This document shows positions 14,024 to 27,025 of a stretch of DNA of 64,000 nucleotides, in pieces. The position numbers and the translations under genes were made by a program. Every line of letters begins with the position of its first letter. Position 1 is the stretch's first letter. Source of the DNA: Octopus sinensis (lineage: Eukaryota); the NCBI RefSeq assembly GCF_006345805.1, contig NC_043002.1, forward strand, positions 112,282,001 to 112,346,000. The letters are read 5' to 3'. The notes under the pieces were generated by a model. It saw only the letters and a list, made by a program, of their open reading frames with translations, was not told the DNA's origin and ran no database searches.

Positions 14024-14427
14024 GCAGGAGTGGCTGTGTGGTAAGTAACTTGTTTACCAACCACATGGTTCCGGGTTCAGTCCCACTGCGTGGCACCTTG
14101 GGCAAGTGTCTTCTACTATAGCTTCGGGCCGACCAAAGCCTTGTGAGTGGATTTGGTAGACGGAAACTGAAAGAAGCCCCTCGTATATATGTATATATAT
14201 ATATGCGTGTGTGTGTTTGTGTGTCTGTATTTGTCCCCCTAGCATTGCTTGACAACCGATGCTGGTGTGTTTATGCCCCCGTTACTTAGCGGTTCGGCAA
14301 AAAGACCGATAAAATAAGTATTGGGCTTACAAAGAATAAGTCCCGGGGTCGATTTGCTCGACTAAAGGCGGTGCTCCAGCATGGCCGCAATCAAATGACT
14401 GAAACAAGTAAAAGAGTAAAGAGTAAG
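14024..14427 (+). mobile_element. SINE family B, full length
   Basis: Head AGGAGTGGCTGTGTGGTAAG...GGTTCAGTCCC, CORE-like CCTTGGGCAAGTG, internal (TA)(TG) tract, and tail GGCGGTGCTCCAGCATGGCCGC...(GAGTAAA)n. Confidence 0.93.
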
Positions 14428-14547
14428 AATGATTTGTTTGGGAGGTGTGTGGGGAGTACGTTTTACATAGAGCAAGCCTCAAAAGAAGTAATCGACAATG
14501 TCAAGGTAAAGATACTCGAGATGTAATAATGCAATGTGGTCAGCCGA

Positions 14548-14924
14548 CTCATTATGTTTGTGGCTGACGATACGTGCATCTCTGATAACGAGCAGAAGTA
14601 GTCGGAGAGCATCATAGCCATACATTGAGAGGGATTATTTGAGGTTTGGATAATTCACCTCTGGAAACATGGGGGTTTCGTTCAACATCCTTAAGCAAGC
14701 CTTATTCAGGGATCTTTAGAGCAGGTTGGGCTACTCGACCTGAAGAAAATTCTGGCCGGGCTCCACCTGCAAGGTCATGCGCTGTTTATCTTGATATGAG
14801 ATCACTTTATCACGCACATATGGTTGTGATGTATGTGCCCGGGTAGTCATGATGGGTATACTGGGCTTCGTATATTTTACCCCAGTGTCACTTTGATGGT
14901 ATGCACTGCTCACTCACTCACTCC
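14548..14924 (+). mobile_element. 3' end of a TAA-tailed retroelement (possibly the 3' UTR of the R4/Dong-like element)
   Basis: Higher-GC non-coding block that ends abruptly in ...ctcactc followed by a 1.3-kb (TAA)n array. Recalled as a common octopus repeat; not verified. Confidence 0.5.
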
Positions 14925-14936
14925 ATAATGATGATG

Positions 14937-15000
<64 letters not shown>

Positions 15001-15027
15001 TACTAATAATAATAATAATAATGATAC

Positions 15028-15062
<35 letters not shown>

Positions 15063-15131
15063 TATAATAATAACAATCATAATAATAATAATAATAATAA
15101 TATAATAATAATAATAATAATAATAACAATC

Positions 15132-15174
<43 letters not shown>

Positions 15175-15200
15175 TACTATAATAATAATAATAATAATAC

Positions 15201-15243
<43 letters not shown>

Positions 15244-15273
15244 TGATACTAATAATAATAATAATAATGATAC

Positions 15274-15327
<54 letters not shown>

Positions 15328-15424
15328 TACTAATAATATAATAATAATAACAATCATATCATAATATAATAATAATAATAATAATGATACTAATAATAAT
15401 AATAATAATATAATAATAACAATC

Positions 15425-15471
<47 letters not shown>

Positions 15472-15585
15472 TACTAATAATATAATAATAATGATACTAA
15501 TAACAATAATAATAATAATAATAATAAATAATAACAATAATAATAATAATAATAATAATAATATAATAATAATAATAATAATAAC

Positions 15586-15617
<32 letters not shown>

Positions 15618-15654
15618 CAATAATAATAATAATAATAATAATAAAATACTCTAC

Positions 15655-15705
<51 letters not shown>

Positions 15706-15728
15706 TAATAATAATAATAAATAATAAC

Positions 15729-15763
<35 letters not shown>

Positions 15764-15780
15764 CAATAATAATATACTAA

Positions 15781-15854
<74 letters not shown>

Positions 15855-15905
15855 TAATAATATAATAATGATACTAATAATAATAATAATAATGATACTA
15901 ATAAC

Positions 15906-15937
<32 letters not shown>

Positions 15938-15950
15938 TAATAAAATAATA

Positions 15951-15981
<31 letters not shown>

Positions 15982-16198
15982 TAACAATAATAATAATACT
16001 AATAATAATAAAATAATAATACAATAATAATAATAATAAAATAATAATAATAATAATAATAATAATATAATACTAATAATAAAATAATAATAATAATAAT
16101 AATAATAATATAATACAAACATAATAATATAATAATAATAATAACAATAATAATAATACTAATAATAATAATATAATAATAACTAATAATAATACTAC

Positions 16199-16233
<35 letters not shown>

Positions 16234-16257
16234 TAATAATAATAATAATAGTAATAA
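14925..16257. repeat. 1.3-kb (TAA)n microsatellite with TGATAC/CAA interruptions
   Basis: Direct tandem repeat. Confidence 0.98.
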
Positions 16258-16819
16258 TCGCTTCTAATTTACGGGTAAGTATTGCGATATCTATTTATTT
16301 TCCGAGTTCAAATTCCACTGAGGCTAACTTTACTTTTATCTCTCCGAGGTCGGTAAAACAAGGTACCAGTGAAATATTAGGGTCGATATAATTGGATATT
16401 CTCCTCCCATCACTTTCAAGCCTTTTGTCTTTATTGGAAATATCTGCATGTGTTTGCATTAGAAGAATACTACGGTATTGCACACATGCATACATATGTA
16501 GGTATGTATGTATGCATGTATGTAATCATGTGTGTATAAAAAGGTAAGTACATAATAAGAAATTCAATCATATGAATGGGAAAAATATTCATGTGACTGT
16601 TGTTATTGTGCTTAGTAGTGTTTCTTTTGTTTAGTTTTGTTTCTTCATTTCCTATTTTTTTTTGTTGTTTTTTTTTTTCCTTCTTTTAATTTCGGCTCTC
16701 ATTGTCAATGTCCTCAATGATTTTTACTAAGCTTTAAACATCTACTTTTGTTCTATTTTGCAAATTATTCATAGGTTCCTTACTCTTGCTAATAATCCTT
16801 TCATTATTTCTCATATGTT

Positions 16820-17220
16820 GGGCGGCGAGCTGGCAGAACCGTTAGCATGCCGGGCGAAATGCGTAGCCGTATTTCATCTGCAGTTACGTTCTGAGTTCAA
16901 ATTCCGCCGAGGTCGACTTTGCCTTTCATCCTTTCGGGGTTGATTAAATAAGTACCAGTTACGCACTGGGGTCGATGTAATCGACTTAATCCGTTTATCT
17001 GTCCTTGTTTGTCCCCTCTATGTTAAGCCCCTTGTGGGTAGTAAAGAAATAGGTATTTCGCCTGTCTTTATGTTCTGAGTTCAAATTCCGCTGAGGTGGA
17101 CTTTGCCTTTCCTCCTTTCGGGGTCGATAAATTAAGTACCAGTTGCGTACTAAGGTCGATCTAATCGACTGCCCCCCTCCCCCAAAATGTCGGGCCTTGT
17201 GCCTAGAGTAAGAAAAGAAA
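16820..17220 (+). mobile_element. Dimeric SINE family C (full monomer with tail 1 + head-less monomer with tail 2)
   Basis: Monomer 1 ends ...GTAAAGAAATA at 17051. Monomer 2 begins GGTATTTCG at 17052 and ends CCCCAAAATGTCGGGCCTTGTGCCTAGAGTAAGAAAAG. Confidence 0.88.
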
Positions 17221-17246
17221 AATCTTTTCATTATTTTTTATATGTA

Positions 17247-17460
17247 GGGCGGCGAGCTGGTAGAATTGTTAGCAAGCAGGGCGAAATGCTTTGCGGCATT
17301 TCGTCCGTCTTTACGTTCTAACTTTCAGTTCCGATGAGGTTGACGTTTGGTCGGAGATAAAAATAAAAATAAGTACCATTTGAACACTGGGGTCGATGCA
17401 ATCGAATTACTCCTTCCCTTGAAATTGCTGGCCACGTGCTCAAATTTGAAACAATCATTT
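17247..17460 (+). mobile_element. SINE family C, diverged, tail AAATTGCTGGCC.CGTGCTCAAATTTG
   Basis: GGCGGCGAGCTGGTAGAATTGTTAGC head and CTGGGGTCGATGCAATCGA core. Confidence 0.75.
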
Positions 17461-17949
17461 CTCATATGTGTCTACAATTCGGAAACTGATTCATAAAAGG
17501 TGCTGCAAATATGAGTTGGTCGGTGAGGCGGAGTACATATGATAAACGGTGTTAGAGCAAAAGCGTAACGTAATATATTATAACAAGTTGAATAATTGCT
17601 ATACAAATCAAGTGTACGTAAATGCAAACAGGGAGTACCTATCTCTACAGGAGTGAGAAACCACCTTCTATGTAGGATCTGGGCATCCATGACTTTAAAC
17701 ATCTTTGTTATGATCATCTTCTGCAGCCGGTGTATATGAACAATTTCGAACTTTAGTCGAGGGGTAAAATGCACCCACTCTCCTGGGTCACCGTTAATTT
17801 ACCATTGGTGTCGTCGTTCCCAACTACCTAACATTTAGGGGTACTCGGTACTCTACCCTATGCTGACTGCTTTATCAATGAGATAACAATTCTTACAGCC
17901 TATGCCTTAATGATAATGATGATGATGATGATGATATCAATTCTTCCTA

Positions 17950-18145
17950 ATTTTGGTACAAGGCCAGAAAGTTTTGATGGGTAATGTTAAGTCGACTACA
18001 TCGACTCCAGTATTTAACAGGTCTTTATTTCATCGACTCCAAAAGGGTGAAAAATAAAGTTTATCTCGGCGGAATTTAATTCAGAACGTAAAGAACCGGA
18101 AGAAATGCCACGAAGCATTTTGTCCGGCGTGCTAACGATTCTATC
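17950..18145 (-). mobile_element. SINE family C, diverged
   Basis: Reverse complement of the C core and head (...cggcggaattt...gtccggcgtgctaacgattc). Confidence 0.75.
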
Positions 18146-18624
18146 AGGCTGATGTTTGTGGTTTATTTTAAAAATAGGCACGGGGGCAGGATTTTTGTGC
18201 GCTAGAAGCTTGGAAATGGAAGATTTCACTAGTTGTCCACTTGCTACTGAGAATTTTGAAATTATACCTGTTTCGAAGAGGGTCGTGAATTAGGTGTTGA
18301 AGACTCCGGATCTATCTTTTCCCCAGAAAAGATAAAGATATTTTCCTTCGACCATGGCATTGACGCGAGCTGCCAAAAATGTTTAGAAGTATCGAACAAG
18401 GTTGTTTACAGTTGTAGGCGGGATGTTTGATAGTTGGTATATATAACAAAGGAGATGGTGACGATGTGAATGCCACCGGTTGAAAAAATCTATTCTGCTG
18501 AGGAAAAATTGGCAAAAAATTTGTAACAAAGACATCGCTACTATAGCTATTAACAAAACAAAATGACGATGACTGAAACAAAAGGGACCACAGTGGCGGC
18601 GGCCGCAGCAGCAACAGCTGCAAT

Positions 18625-18678
<54 letters not shown>

Positions 18679-18684
18679 TATTTT

Positions 18685-18902
18685 GTTAGCACGCCGGATG
18701 AAATGCTTAGCGGTATTTCGTCTGCCGTTACGTTGTGAGTTCAAATTCCGCCGAGGTCGACTTTACCTTTCATCCTTTCGGAGTCGATAAATTAAGTACC
18801 AGTTACGCACTGCGGTTGATGTAATCGACTTAATCCCTTTGTCTGTCCTTGTTTGTCCCCTCTATGTTTAGCCCCTTGTGGGTAATAAAGAAATAGGTAT
18901 TT
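18685..18902 (+). mobile_element. SINE family C (tail 1), head clipped by (AGT)n
   Basis: Near-consensus C sequence ending GAAATAGGTATTT. Confidence 0.9.
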
Positions 18903-19294
18903 AGTTACACTCCTTTACGGTCTGAGTTGAAATTCTACCAAGGCCAATCAAACCGGTATTATCGTAGGCTTTCTTGTAATCTTTCCAACCAACAGCTAAG
19001 TTTTACTTTCTTATTCGTATCACACTTAATACCTTGCTATCAATATACAACAGAACCGGTTCCTTTGATTCCTTTCTATATTCCGTTTGTCCTTGTTTCT
19101 ATTTTTTTTTTTATCTGATAATGCCTTAATTTTTTGCTTTATTGCTTCTTTGACGACCTGTGCCTAATTTCGTACTTTCTTTGGAGCTTGTTACTGTAGT
19201 TTTCTTTCCCCATCTTTTTTCAAATATTGCATTTGTCCTTCCAAGTCTACAACAAGAAAAACAGCAACAGTAATAATAATAATAATAATGATTT

Positions 19295-19490
19295 CGAATT
19301 TTGGCACAAGTCCAGCAATTTCGGCTAAGTCGATTTCGTCGACCTCAGTGCTCAACTGGTACTTATTTTATCGACACCGAAGGGATGATAGGCAAAGTCA
19401 ACCTCGGAATTTCAACTCAGAACGTAAAGAGGGACGAAATGTCGCTGAGCATTTTTGCCCGGTATGCTAACCACTCCACCAGCTAGCCGC
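19295..19490 (-). mobile_element. SINE family C, diverged
   Basis: ttttggcacaag...aactggtacttattttatcgac...ctcagaacgtaaag...gctagccgcc. Confidence 0.75.
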
Positions 19491-19551
19491 CTAATTATGA
19501 TAATGGTAATGATAATGATTGCGACGAGAGCGACGACAATAATTGTGACAA

Positions 19552-19850
19552 CGAACGACAACGACGACGATGATGATGATGATGATGATGATGACGATGA
19601 CGACAACGATGATGATGATGATGCTGATGACGATGACGATGATGATGATGACGACGACGACGACGACGATGATGATGATGATGATGACGATGATGATGAT
19701 GATGATGACGATGATGATGGTGATGACGATGATGATGATCATGATGATGACGACGACGATGATCATGATGATGACGACGACGATGATCATGATGATGACG
19801 ACGACGACGATGATGATGATGACGATGATGATGACGACGACGACGACGAC

Positions 19851-19882
<32 letters not shown>

Positions 19883-20202
19883 CGATGATGATGATGATGA
19901 TGATGACAAAGAAGAGTTGTAGCGGGAAGGATGAATCCGATATTAAAGGAAAATAAAATAATCTTTAATATAATAGATTAGCAACATTCAAAAAGTTGCG
20001 AAAATTAGGGAAACAACAACAACAACTTCAGCACCGTTCGTATCGTTATTAATGTTGTTGTAGTAAGTGAGAAAGGAAAATGAACAAAAAAACAAAAAAA
20101 ATTCGAAACGGAAACAGCCGAAGATGAAGAGTAACAATTATAAGATAGTTAAATACAACTCTAATTACAAACGAAACGTTAGTCACATTATCACCATCAT
20201 CC

Positions 20203-20247
<45 letters not shown>

Positions 20248-20254
20248 CCATCAC

Positions 20255-20304
<50 letters not shown>

Positions 20305-20352
20305 CCATCACCATCATCATCATCATCATCATCATCACCATCACCATCATCC

Positions 20353-20388
<36 letters not shown>

Positions 20389-20501
20389 CCATCATCATCA
20401 CCATCATCACCATCATCATCATCACCATCACCATCACCATCACCATCATCATCATCACCATCACCATCACCATCACCATCATCATCATCACCATTACCAT
20501 C

Positions 20502-20533
<32 letters not shown>

Positions 20534-20588
20534 CACCCTCATCATCATCATCATCACCACCACCATCATCATCATCATCATCATCACC

Positions 20589-20674
<86 letters not shown>

Positions 20675-20675
20675 C
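19552..20675. repeat. Opposed (GAT/GAC)n (19552-19906) and (CAT/CAC)n (20188-20675) microsatellites
   Basis: Direct tandem repeats in mutually inverted orientation. Confidence 0.97.
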
Positions 20676-21074
20676 GGAATCAACAAAAACCGATCCGCCA
20701 ATAGCAACGAAAAGCATTGACAAGAAGATCTATTACAGCAAGAACAACAACAAGACTAGCAATAATTGTAACAAATATGGAGGAAAGGAATTACAACGAT
20801 GAAGAAGAGAAAAGCAAGCAAGAACAACATCCACAATAAAAGGAGCAACAACAACAACAAGAACAACAACAACAACGACAACGAAATAACTTGTGCTATA
20901 AAAAAGCTAGAATAACCGCGAAACCCATCGTAATAACCAACAACAGAGACAACGATGACGTCGATGACAACGACAAAATGTCAACGTCGCCTTGTCGCTG
21001 TCATGTTGGCAATATTTTTTGATCTATTGCATGCCCACGTGACAATGTTTTTTTTATTATAACGGCTGTATAAG

Positions 21075-21957
21075 GGATGGTTGGGGGTGATGGTGGTGAC
21101 GGTTGCTGACAGTGATAGGAATGGTGGTGGTGGTGGTGGCGGTGGCAGCGGCGGTGTTGGTGGTGGTGGTGGTGGTGGTGGTGGTGGCGGTGGCGGCGGC
21201 GGTGTTGGTGGTGGTGGTGGTGGTGGTGGTGGTAGTTTTGGTGACGGTGCTGACAGTGGTAGAAATGGTGGTGGTAGTGGCGGCGGTGGTGGTGGTGGTG
21301 GTGGTGACGGTTGCTGACAGTGGTAGGAATGGTGGTGGTGGTGGTGGCGGTGGCGGCGGCGGTGTTGGTGGTGGTGGTGGTGGTGGTGGTGGTGGTGGTT
21401 TTGGTGACGGTGCTGACAGTGGTAGAAATGGTGGTGGTAGTGGCGGCGGTGTTGGTGGTGGTGGTGGTGGTGACGGGGCTGACAGTGGTAGAAATGGTGG
21501 TGGTAGTGGCGGCGGCGGTCGTGGCGGCGGAGGTGGTGGTGGTGGTGGTGGTGGTGGTGGTGGTGGTAGTGGTGGTGGTGGTGGTGGTGATGATGGTGCT
21601 GACAGTGGTAGAAATGGTGGTGGTAGTAGCGGCGACGGTGGTGGCGGCGGAGGTGATGGTAGTGGTGGTGGTGGTGGTGGTGGTGGTGGTGATAGTTCTC
21701 ATGATGCTGATGGTGCTGGTCGTGTTATTGATGTTGGGGGTGGCAATGGTGGTGCTGATGTTGGTGATTGTGATGGGGGCAGATGATAGTGTTGGTAGTG
21801 GTGGTGGTGGTGGTGGGCTGACTCTGATGGCAGTAGAGACGTTGGGATTGTGAGCAATGTAGTGGTTGTGATGGTGGTGGTGGTGGTGCGGTGGGTGTGG
21901 TGGCCGTGCGCTTGATGTTGCAGATGCTGGTGCTGGTGGAGGTTGTGGTTGTAGTGG

Positions 21958-21960
<3 letters not shown>
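21075..21960. repeat. (GGT)n-based compound minisatellite
   Basis: (GGT/GGC)n punctuated six times by GCTGACAGTGGTAG(A/G)AATGG. Confidence 0.92.
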
Positions 21961-21996
<36 letters not shown>

Positions 21997-22586
21997 AAAA
22001 GAATGACAGAGTGAGTAGGAGGAAAGAGATGTAGGGAGACCAGCAAGTACGCCAATGCAGATTAGCATATCACCATTTCGGCCCTGTCACGAAGTGGAGT
22101 AATGGATAGGGTAGGGTAGGCGGTGGGCTATCTTTCAAATGGCAGTCATTGTGACCCTTCCTCGCCTGAACCCTACACATCACTCTCCACCCATAACACT
22201 CGCATCCTCACCTTCTCTCCTCCACCCCTTTAACGTGCAACGGCATCGTCATATGCAAATCAAGCAAAGATTTCTTCCGTCGGTGTATAAATATGGGTTG
22301 ATGTCTTTCTTATTGATACTCTGCTGTCATATCCTGGTGAATTTAGTCCCATCCCGAGCAATTTGGAGTTGGGTGGCCACAAGAACACTCTAGAACTTAG
22401 AGATAAAATTAAATTTATATACTCATTCTGGATGGATGCAATAAATCTAAATAAAAGCTACATCAATTTATGCATGCATTTCGGTATCGTTTATATGGGT
22501 CTGAACTCGTATGTGCGCATGCGTACATGCATGCCTGTATGCACGTGTGCATGTGTCTAAGTGTATATATTTACATAAATGTATGA

Positions 22587-22643
<57 letters not shown>

Positions 22644-22754
22644 TGTTTGTATACTTTTTGCATTCAAGTGTGTTGTACGTGTCTTGTTAATATAGTAATC
22701 AAGATGGTGTATGTGCGTGTTTGTGTGTGTGAGTGTGTGTGTGTGTGTGTGGTG

Positions 22755-22809
<55 letters not shown>

Positions 22810-23014
22810 TGTGTGTGTCTGTGTGTGCATTCGTGCGTTCCTGCATAAGCTCACTGAAATATAGATTCACTCTCGCTCAAATACATATTTGAATCGGTCA
22901 TATTCACGAAGGTAATGGTTTATACGTCTGTTGGTATATTTGCACCTGTATATCCATGTGCATATGGATGCATGATATCATTTAATGTTTATGCATATCT
23001 ATTTCTCACATACC

Positions 23015-23249
23015 TATTTTTTTTACTACCCACAAGGGGCTAGACACAGAGGGGACGAACAAGGACAGACACGGATTAGGTCGGTATTATCGACCCCAGT
23101 GAGTGCGTAACTGGTACTTATTTAATCGACCCCGAAAGGATGAAAGGCAAAGTCGACCTCGGCGGAATTTGAACTCAGAACGTAGCGGCAGGCGAAATAC
23201 CGCTAAGCATTTCGCCATGCGTGCTAACGTTTCTGCCAGATCGCCACCT
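23015..23249 (-). mobile_element. SINE family C (tail 1), full length
   Basis: 15-bp TSD tatttctcacatacc at 23000-23014 and 23250-23264. Confidence 0.93.
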
Positions 23250-23540
23250 TATTTCTCACATACCCTCTCACATAATCGTGTAAACATTCATATATAGTCA
23301 TTGTTGCCCATGAAATTCAATGAAAAGCCTCTTCAAATGGGGTATCATTTAATTGCCGTACATCTCATAAAGCAACAATAACAGAAAAGGCAAACATATG
23401 AGACACTACCAGCGCCTGTGTTACATCTTATCGCAGACACACGAGATACTCCCATGGCCCACGTTACGTAGGAAAACATCGAACGTCGAGGCAATGAAAT
23501 TCTTAAGCGGCGTTAGAAGAATACGTTTCCCAATATTACT

Positions 23541-23926
23541 GGATGGAAGCACTCCGTCGGTTACGACGACGAGGGTTCCGGTTGAGCCGAATCAACGGAA
23601 CAGCCTGCTCGTGAAATTAACATGTAAGTGGCTGAGCACTCCACAGACACGTGTACCCTTAACGTAGTTCTCGGGGATATTCAGCGTGACACAGAGAGTG
23701 ACAAGGCCGGCCCTTTGAAATACAGGTACAACAGAAATAGGAAGTAAGAATGAGAGAAAGTTGTGGTGAAAGAGTACAGCAGGGATCACCACCACCCTGC
23801 CGGAGCCTCGTGGAGCTTTAGGTGTTTTCGCTCAATAAACACTCACAACGCCCGGTCTGGGAATCGAAACCGCGATCCTATGACCGCCAGTCCGCTGCCC
23901 TAACCACTGGGCCATTGCGCCTCCAC
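23541..23926 (-). mobile_element. SINE family A, full length
   Basis: 12-bp TSD cccaatattact at 23529-23540 and 23927-23938. Confidence 0.95.
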
Positions 23927-24373
23927 CCCAATATTACTATCTTAACCGTGGAGAAGCAAAAGTGATCGAAAAATGACTGGTATTGTGAATGCAGTCTGTT
24001 GAAATCTACCTCCAAGTTGACCGCAGTAGCTTGTTTTACACGCAGCTATACTTCCCTTAGAACTGTACTTCCTAGATTCATAGATGAGATAGCGGGACAG
24101 TGATTGATAAGTGTTAGGTTTTTTTCAACCAGAATGGTCAGTCTCACAGTAACTCTGGGTTTCACATTTGCTTCGAGTTCCCTTGTTTGGGACCACAAAA
24201 TTCACATCTACAGCGACTGTAGGGAGGTCTGGTAGGAATCTTTGTAAGGTAGAGGCTGTATAATTGCCAGCAGGATTCCCTTTCACACATGTCTGTATAT
24301 ACAGGTACATAATTATGTATAGCACGCATGCATATGTTTCATAGCTGCCGTCTGCAAAGTGTGTGTAAGAGGT

Positions 24374-24794
24374 GCAGGAGTGGCTGTGTGGTAAGTAGCT
24401 TGCTAACCAACCACATGGTTCCGGATTCAGTCCCACTGCGTGGCATCTTGGGCAAGTGTCTTCTGCTATAGCCCCGGGCCGACCAATGCCTTGTGAGTGG
24501 ATTTGGTAGACGGAAACTGAAAGAAGCCTGTCGTATATATGTATATATATATAAGTGTGTATATGTTTGTGTGTCTGTGTTTGTCCCCCTAGCATTGCTT
24601 GACAACCGATGCTGGTGTGTTTACGTCCCCGTTACTTAGCGGTTCGGGAAAAGAGACCGATAGAATAAGTACTGGGCTTACTAAAAAAAAAGAATAAGTC
24701 CCGGGGTCGAGTTGCTCGATTAAAGGCGGTGCTCCAGCATGGCCGCAGTCAAATGACTGAAACAAGTAAAAGAGTAAAAGAGTAAAGAGTAAGA
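24374..24794 (+). mobile_element. SINE family B, full length
   Basis: Same head, core and tail as the 14024 copy. Confidence 0.93.
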
Positions 24795-25414
24795 GACTAA
24801 GTGTTTCCTTTGTTATATCAATTGGAAAAAAAAAAGGAATTCTTACGGTACTGACACTAAACGAGCGAGGAAAATCAGTTTAGGTACTTTATTTATCTCG
24901 AAGGTTTTCTGAACGTCGGCGGCTAAAATCAAGGCTTAAACGCTAAGCAAATTCCAATCCGAAATCTTATAAGTTCACCGATATTACGTCTAGGGTGTTT
25001 TCTACCGCAGTCTCATCTAAATAGGCAATTTATTAAAATGAGTAATATAAATTATTGATTGCACTACAGTGTATGGCTTTATTAACTCATTACCATATGT
25101 AAACAATACTCCTAAAAGATGCTACATCTATTTCAACAACATACACAGGCATACACACACTCACACCTATCTATTAATAGGATATGAAAATGTGTATTTG
25201 ATTGTTATTACATTAAGCGTGTCTTTAATAGGCAAAGTAATGTTATTACAATCAATTTCTCATTTTATAGTATTATATTATTTTCGGAGCTAATGACAAT
25301 TTTACCATGTGAATACGTTTAATGTTTTAGAGTCTTTTAGAGTCTTCAGTATGTTCAATTTAACACGAAAAAAAATTGGTGAGCTGAAAGAAACTTGAAT
25401 TGCTGGATAAAAGG

Positions 25415-25645
25415 ATTAAGATCCTTTCCGAGTCATATAGACTCATAGAGTCGGTTTCCCGGTTTCCGTGGCGTATATACTCCCTACCTAGACGGGACGC
25501 CGGTCTTTTGCAGAATTACTACCCCCCCCTTTTTTTTATTTGCTTGCTGAGTGGAGAGGAGCAAAGTGAAATGTCGTGCTATGTTCAAGAGCGCAACGAA
25601 ACCACAATCTTACGATCATGGGCTCAACACACTAACCACTAAGAA
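25415..25645 (-). mobile_element. Older tRNA-headed SINE (family E)
   Basis: Minus head CTTAGTGGTTAGTGTGTTGAGCCCATGATCGTAAGATTGTGGTTTCG. The body contains GACGGGACGCCGGTC, similar to V/CORE-type central domains. Confidence 0.55.
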
Positions 25646-26979
25646 ATGCGCCTCTACTGAATTGTAGAACAAAGATTTCAACAATTTCTGTAACAGCAGA
25701 ATGAGCTTCTTGGAATTCCGGCGGTCTCTATTCGGGGCAAACATTTACCCTTCACAATTCTATAAAATATAGAATAATGTATCATTACTGCATTCAATCA
25801 TGCTGCTTTAATCAAAGTTTTAAGGAAATTGCCCGAGAACAGAACATTTCTCTTTCCACGTTCACCTTTCGGTTTCAACGATTCGCGTCAATGTAGGAGC
25901 CTCTGTGAGTTCATTAGAAAGCTAGACATAGAAGCGAAATCTATCTTAATTCTTACCCCAGCGCCTTGAATAGGAAAATAGCACACCAAAATCAGAGGTT
26001 GTTAAAAATTTTTAAATAGAGGACTTAAGGAAATCTATACTAGGGATTAAGCGTGATAGAAAACGGGATTTCTTAATTTTTTTTTTTTTTGTACACATAT
26101 ATGATGAATTAGGCGAGGTAAGCAAAAATTTAACTTAGAAACAGCTTTCTATGCGATGTACGCAGCAAGTATTTGTTTGATCTCCAGGGTAACACAAAAT
26201 CGGGGGGTGGGGTGGGTAAGAAAAAAGGACAAACAAAAACTGAGTACCGTTGCATTCGATAATGTTACATATTAAATGGCCGAGTCACTGAATGGGGCAA
26301 TACCTTTGGTCATATAGACCACCTGTCTCGATAACTGTGGGCATGGGGTTAAGCAATAACAACATTAACAACATCTGCAACAAAAACAACAACAGCGACG
26401 ACAACAATGATTCATTAGAAATTAACGATGTGGCATTATAATTGCTATATTGCTTGGTTGAGCCAACTATATGACCATCCTAAACGAAGGTGCAGTCCAC
26501 TAATGAGAACTATGGTAACCAAAGCTTTACTGACGTGTTTGCTGGGAAACAAAGATACCTTTTCTCAATTCTCGTTATCGTACGTTATCCTTTTAGAGTT
26601 AGACATAAATTGCTTTACAGCTTCCGCTCACGCAAACAACTTCCGCTGCCATATTGTCTTTTCTTTCATTTTCTTTCTTATTTTTTAAAACTAATTTCTA
26701 TTTGTTTTCTCTCCCTTTCATTTTACACTTGTTTTCACCACCACCACCACCACCACCACCACCACCACCACCATAACAACAACATCGACATCAACAACCT
26801 AACAAACACAGTGGTCTTCACCGCCTTCTTTCCTTTGGTTGATAACTTAGTTTTATGGTCTCCCAGGGAGACATTTATTTTTGCTGTTAATTGGTGGCGC
26901 TTGTATCGCTCTTTAGTCAGCCTAGTAAACCAGTATAATCAATGGCTGCTGGACAGTATCAAGTACGGCTTCAGTGGAA

Positions 26980-27025
<46 letters not shown>

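Larger units (their letters stand above)
11824..14547 (+). mobile_element. Fossil R4/Dong-like RLE non-LTR retrotransposon (RT C-terminal half, CCHC knuckle, start of RLE), interrupted by four insertions
   Basis: Removing the inserts gives, in order: VNTIHRFIK|DIKMEY, GIKLPSGEILKRIDD, NKF.AIN.W...LFRYGAPIINWRKE..KLDRK, HP.SNID.LYL..GR.LISC, EW.KKKM, MWHWLRK, CRLCRDEGETVCHIVKECMKLAQKEYKRRHDNIAR and KEVIDNVKVKIL(W)DVIMQC. These are R4/Dong-type motifs in the expected order. Confidence 0.8.

Noticed and set aside
18290-18400. Possible mariner C-terminus (ELGVE..TPDLS..FDHGID...QKCLE)
   Set aside because: It needs several assumed deletions; the similarity is too weak without a profile search.
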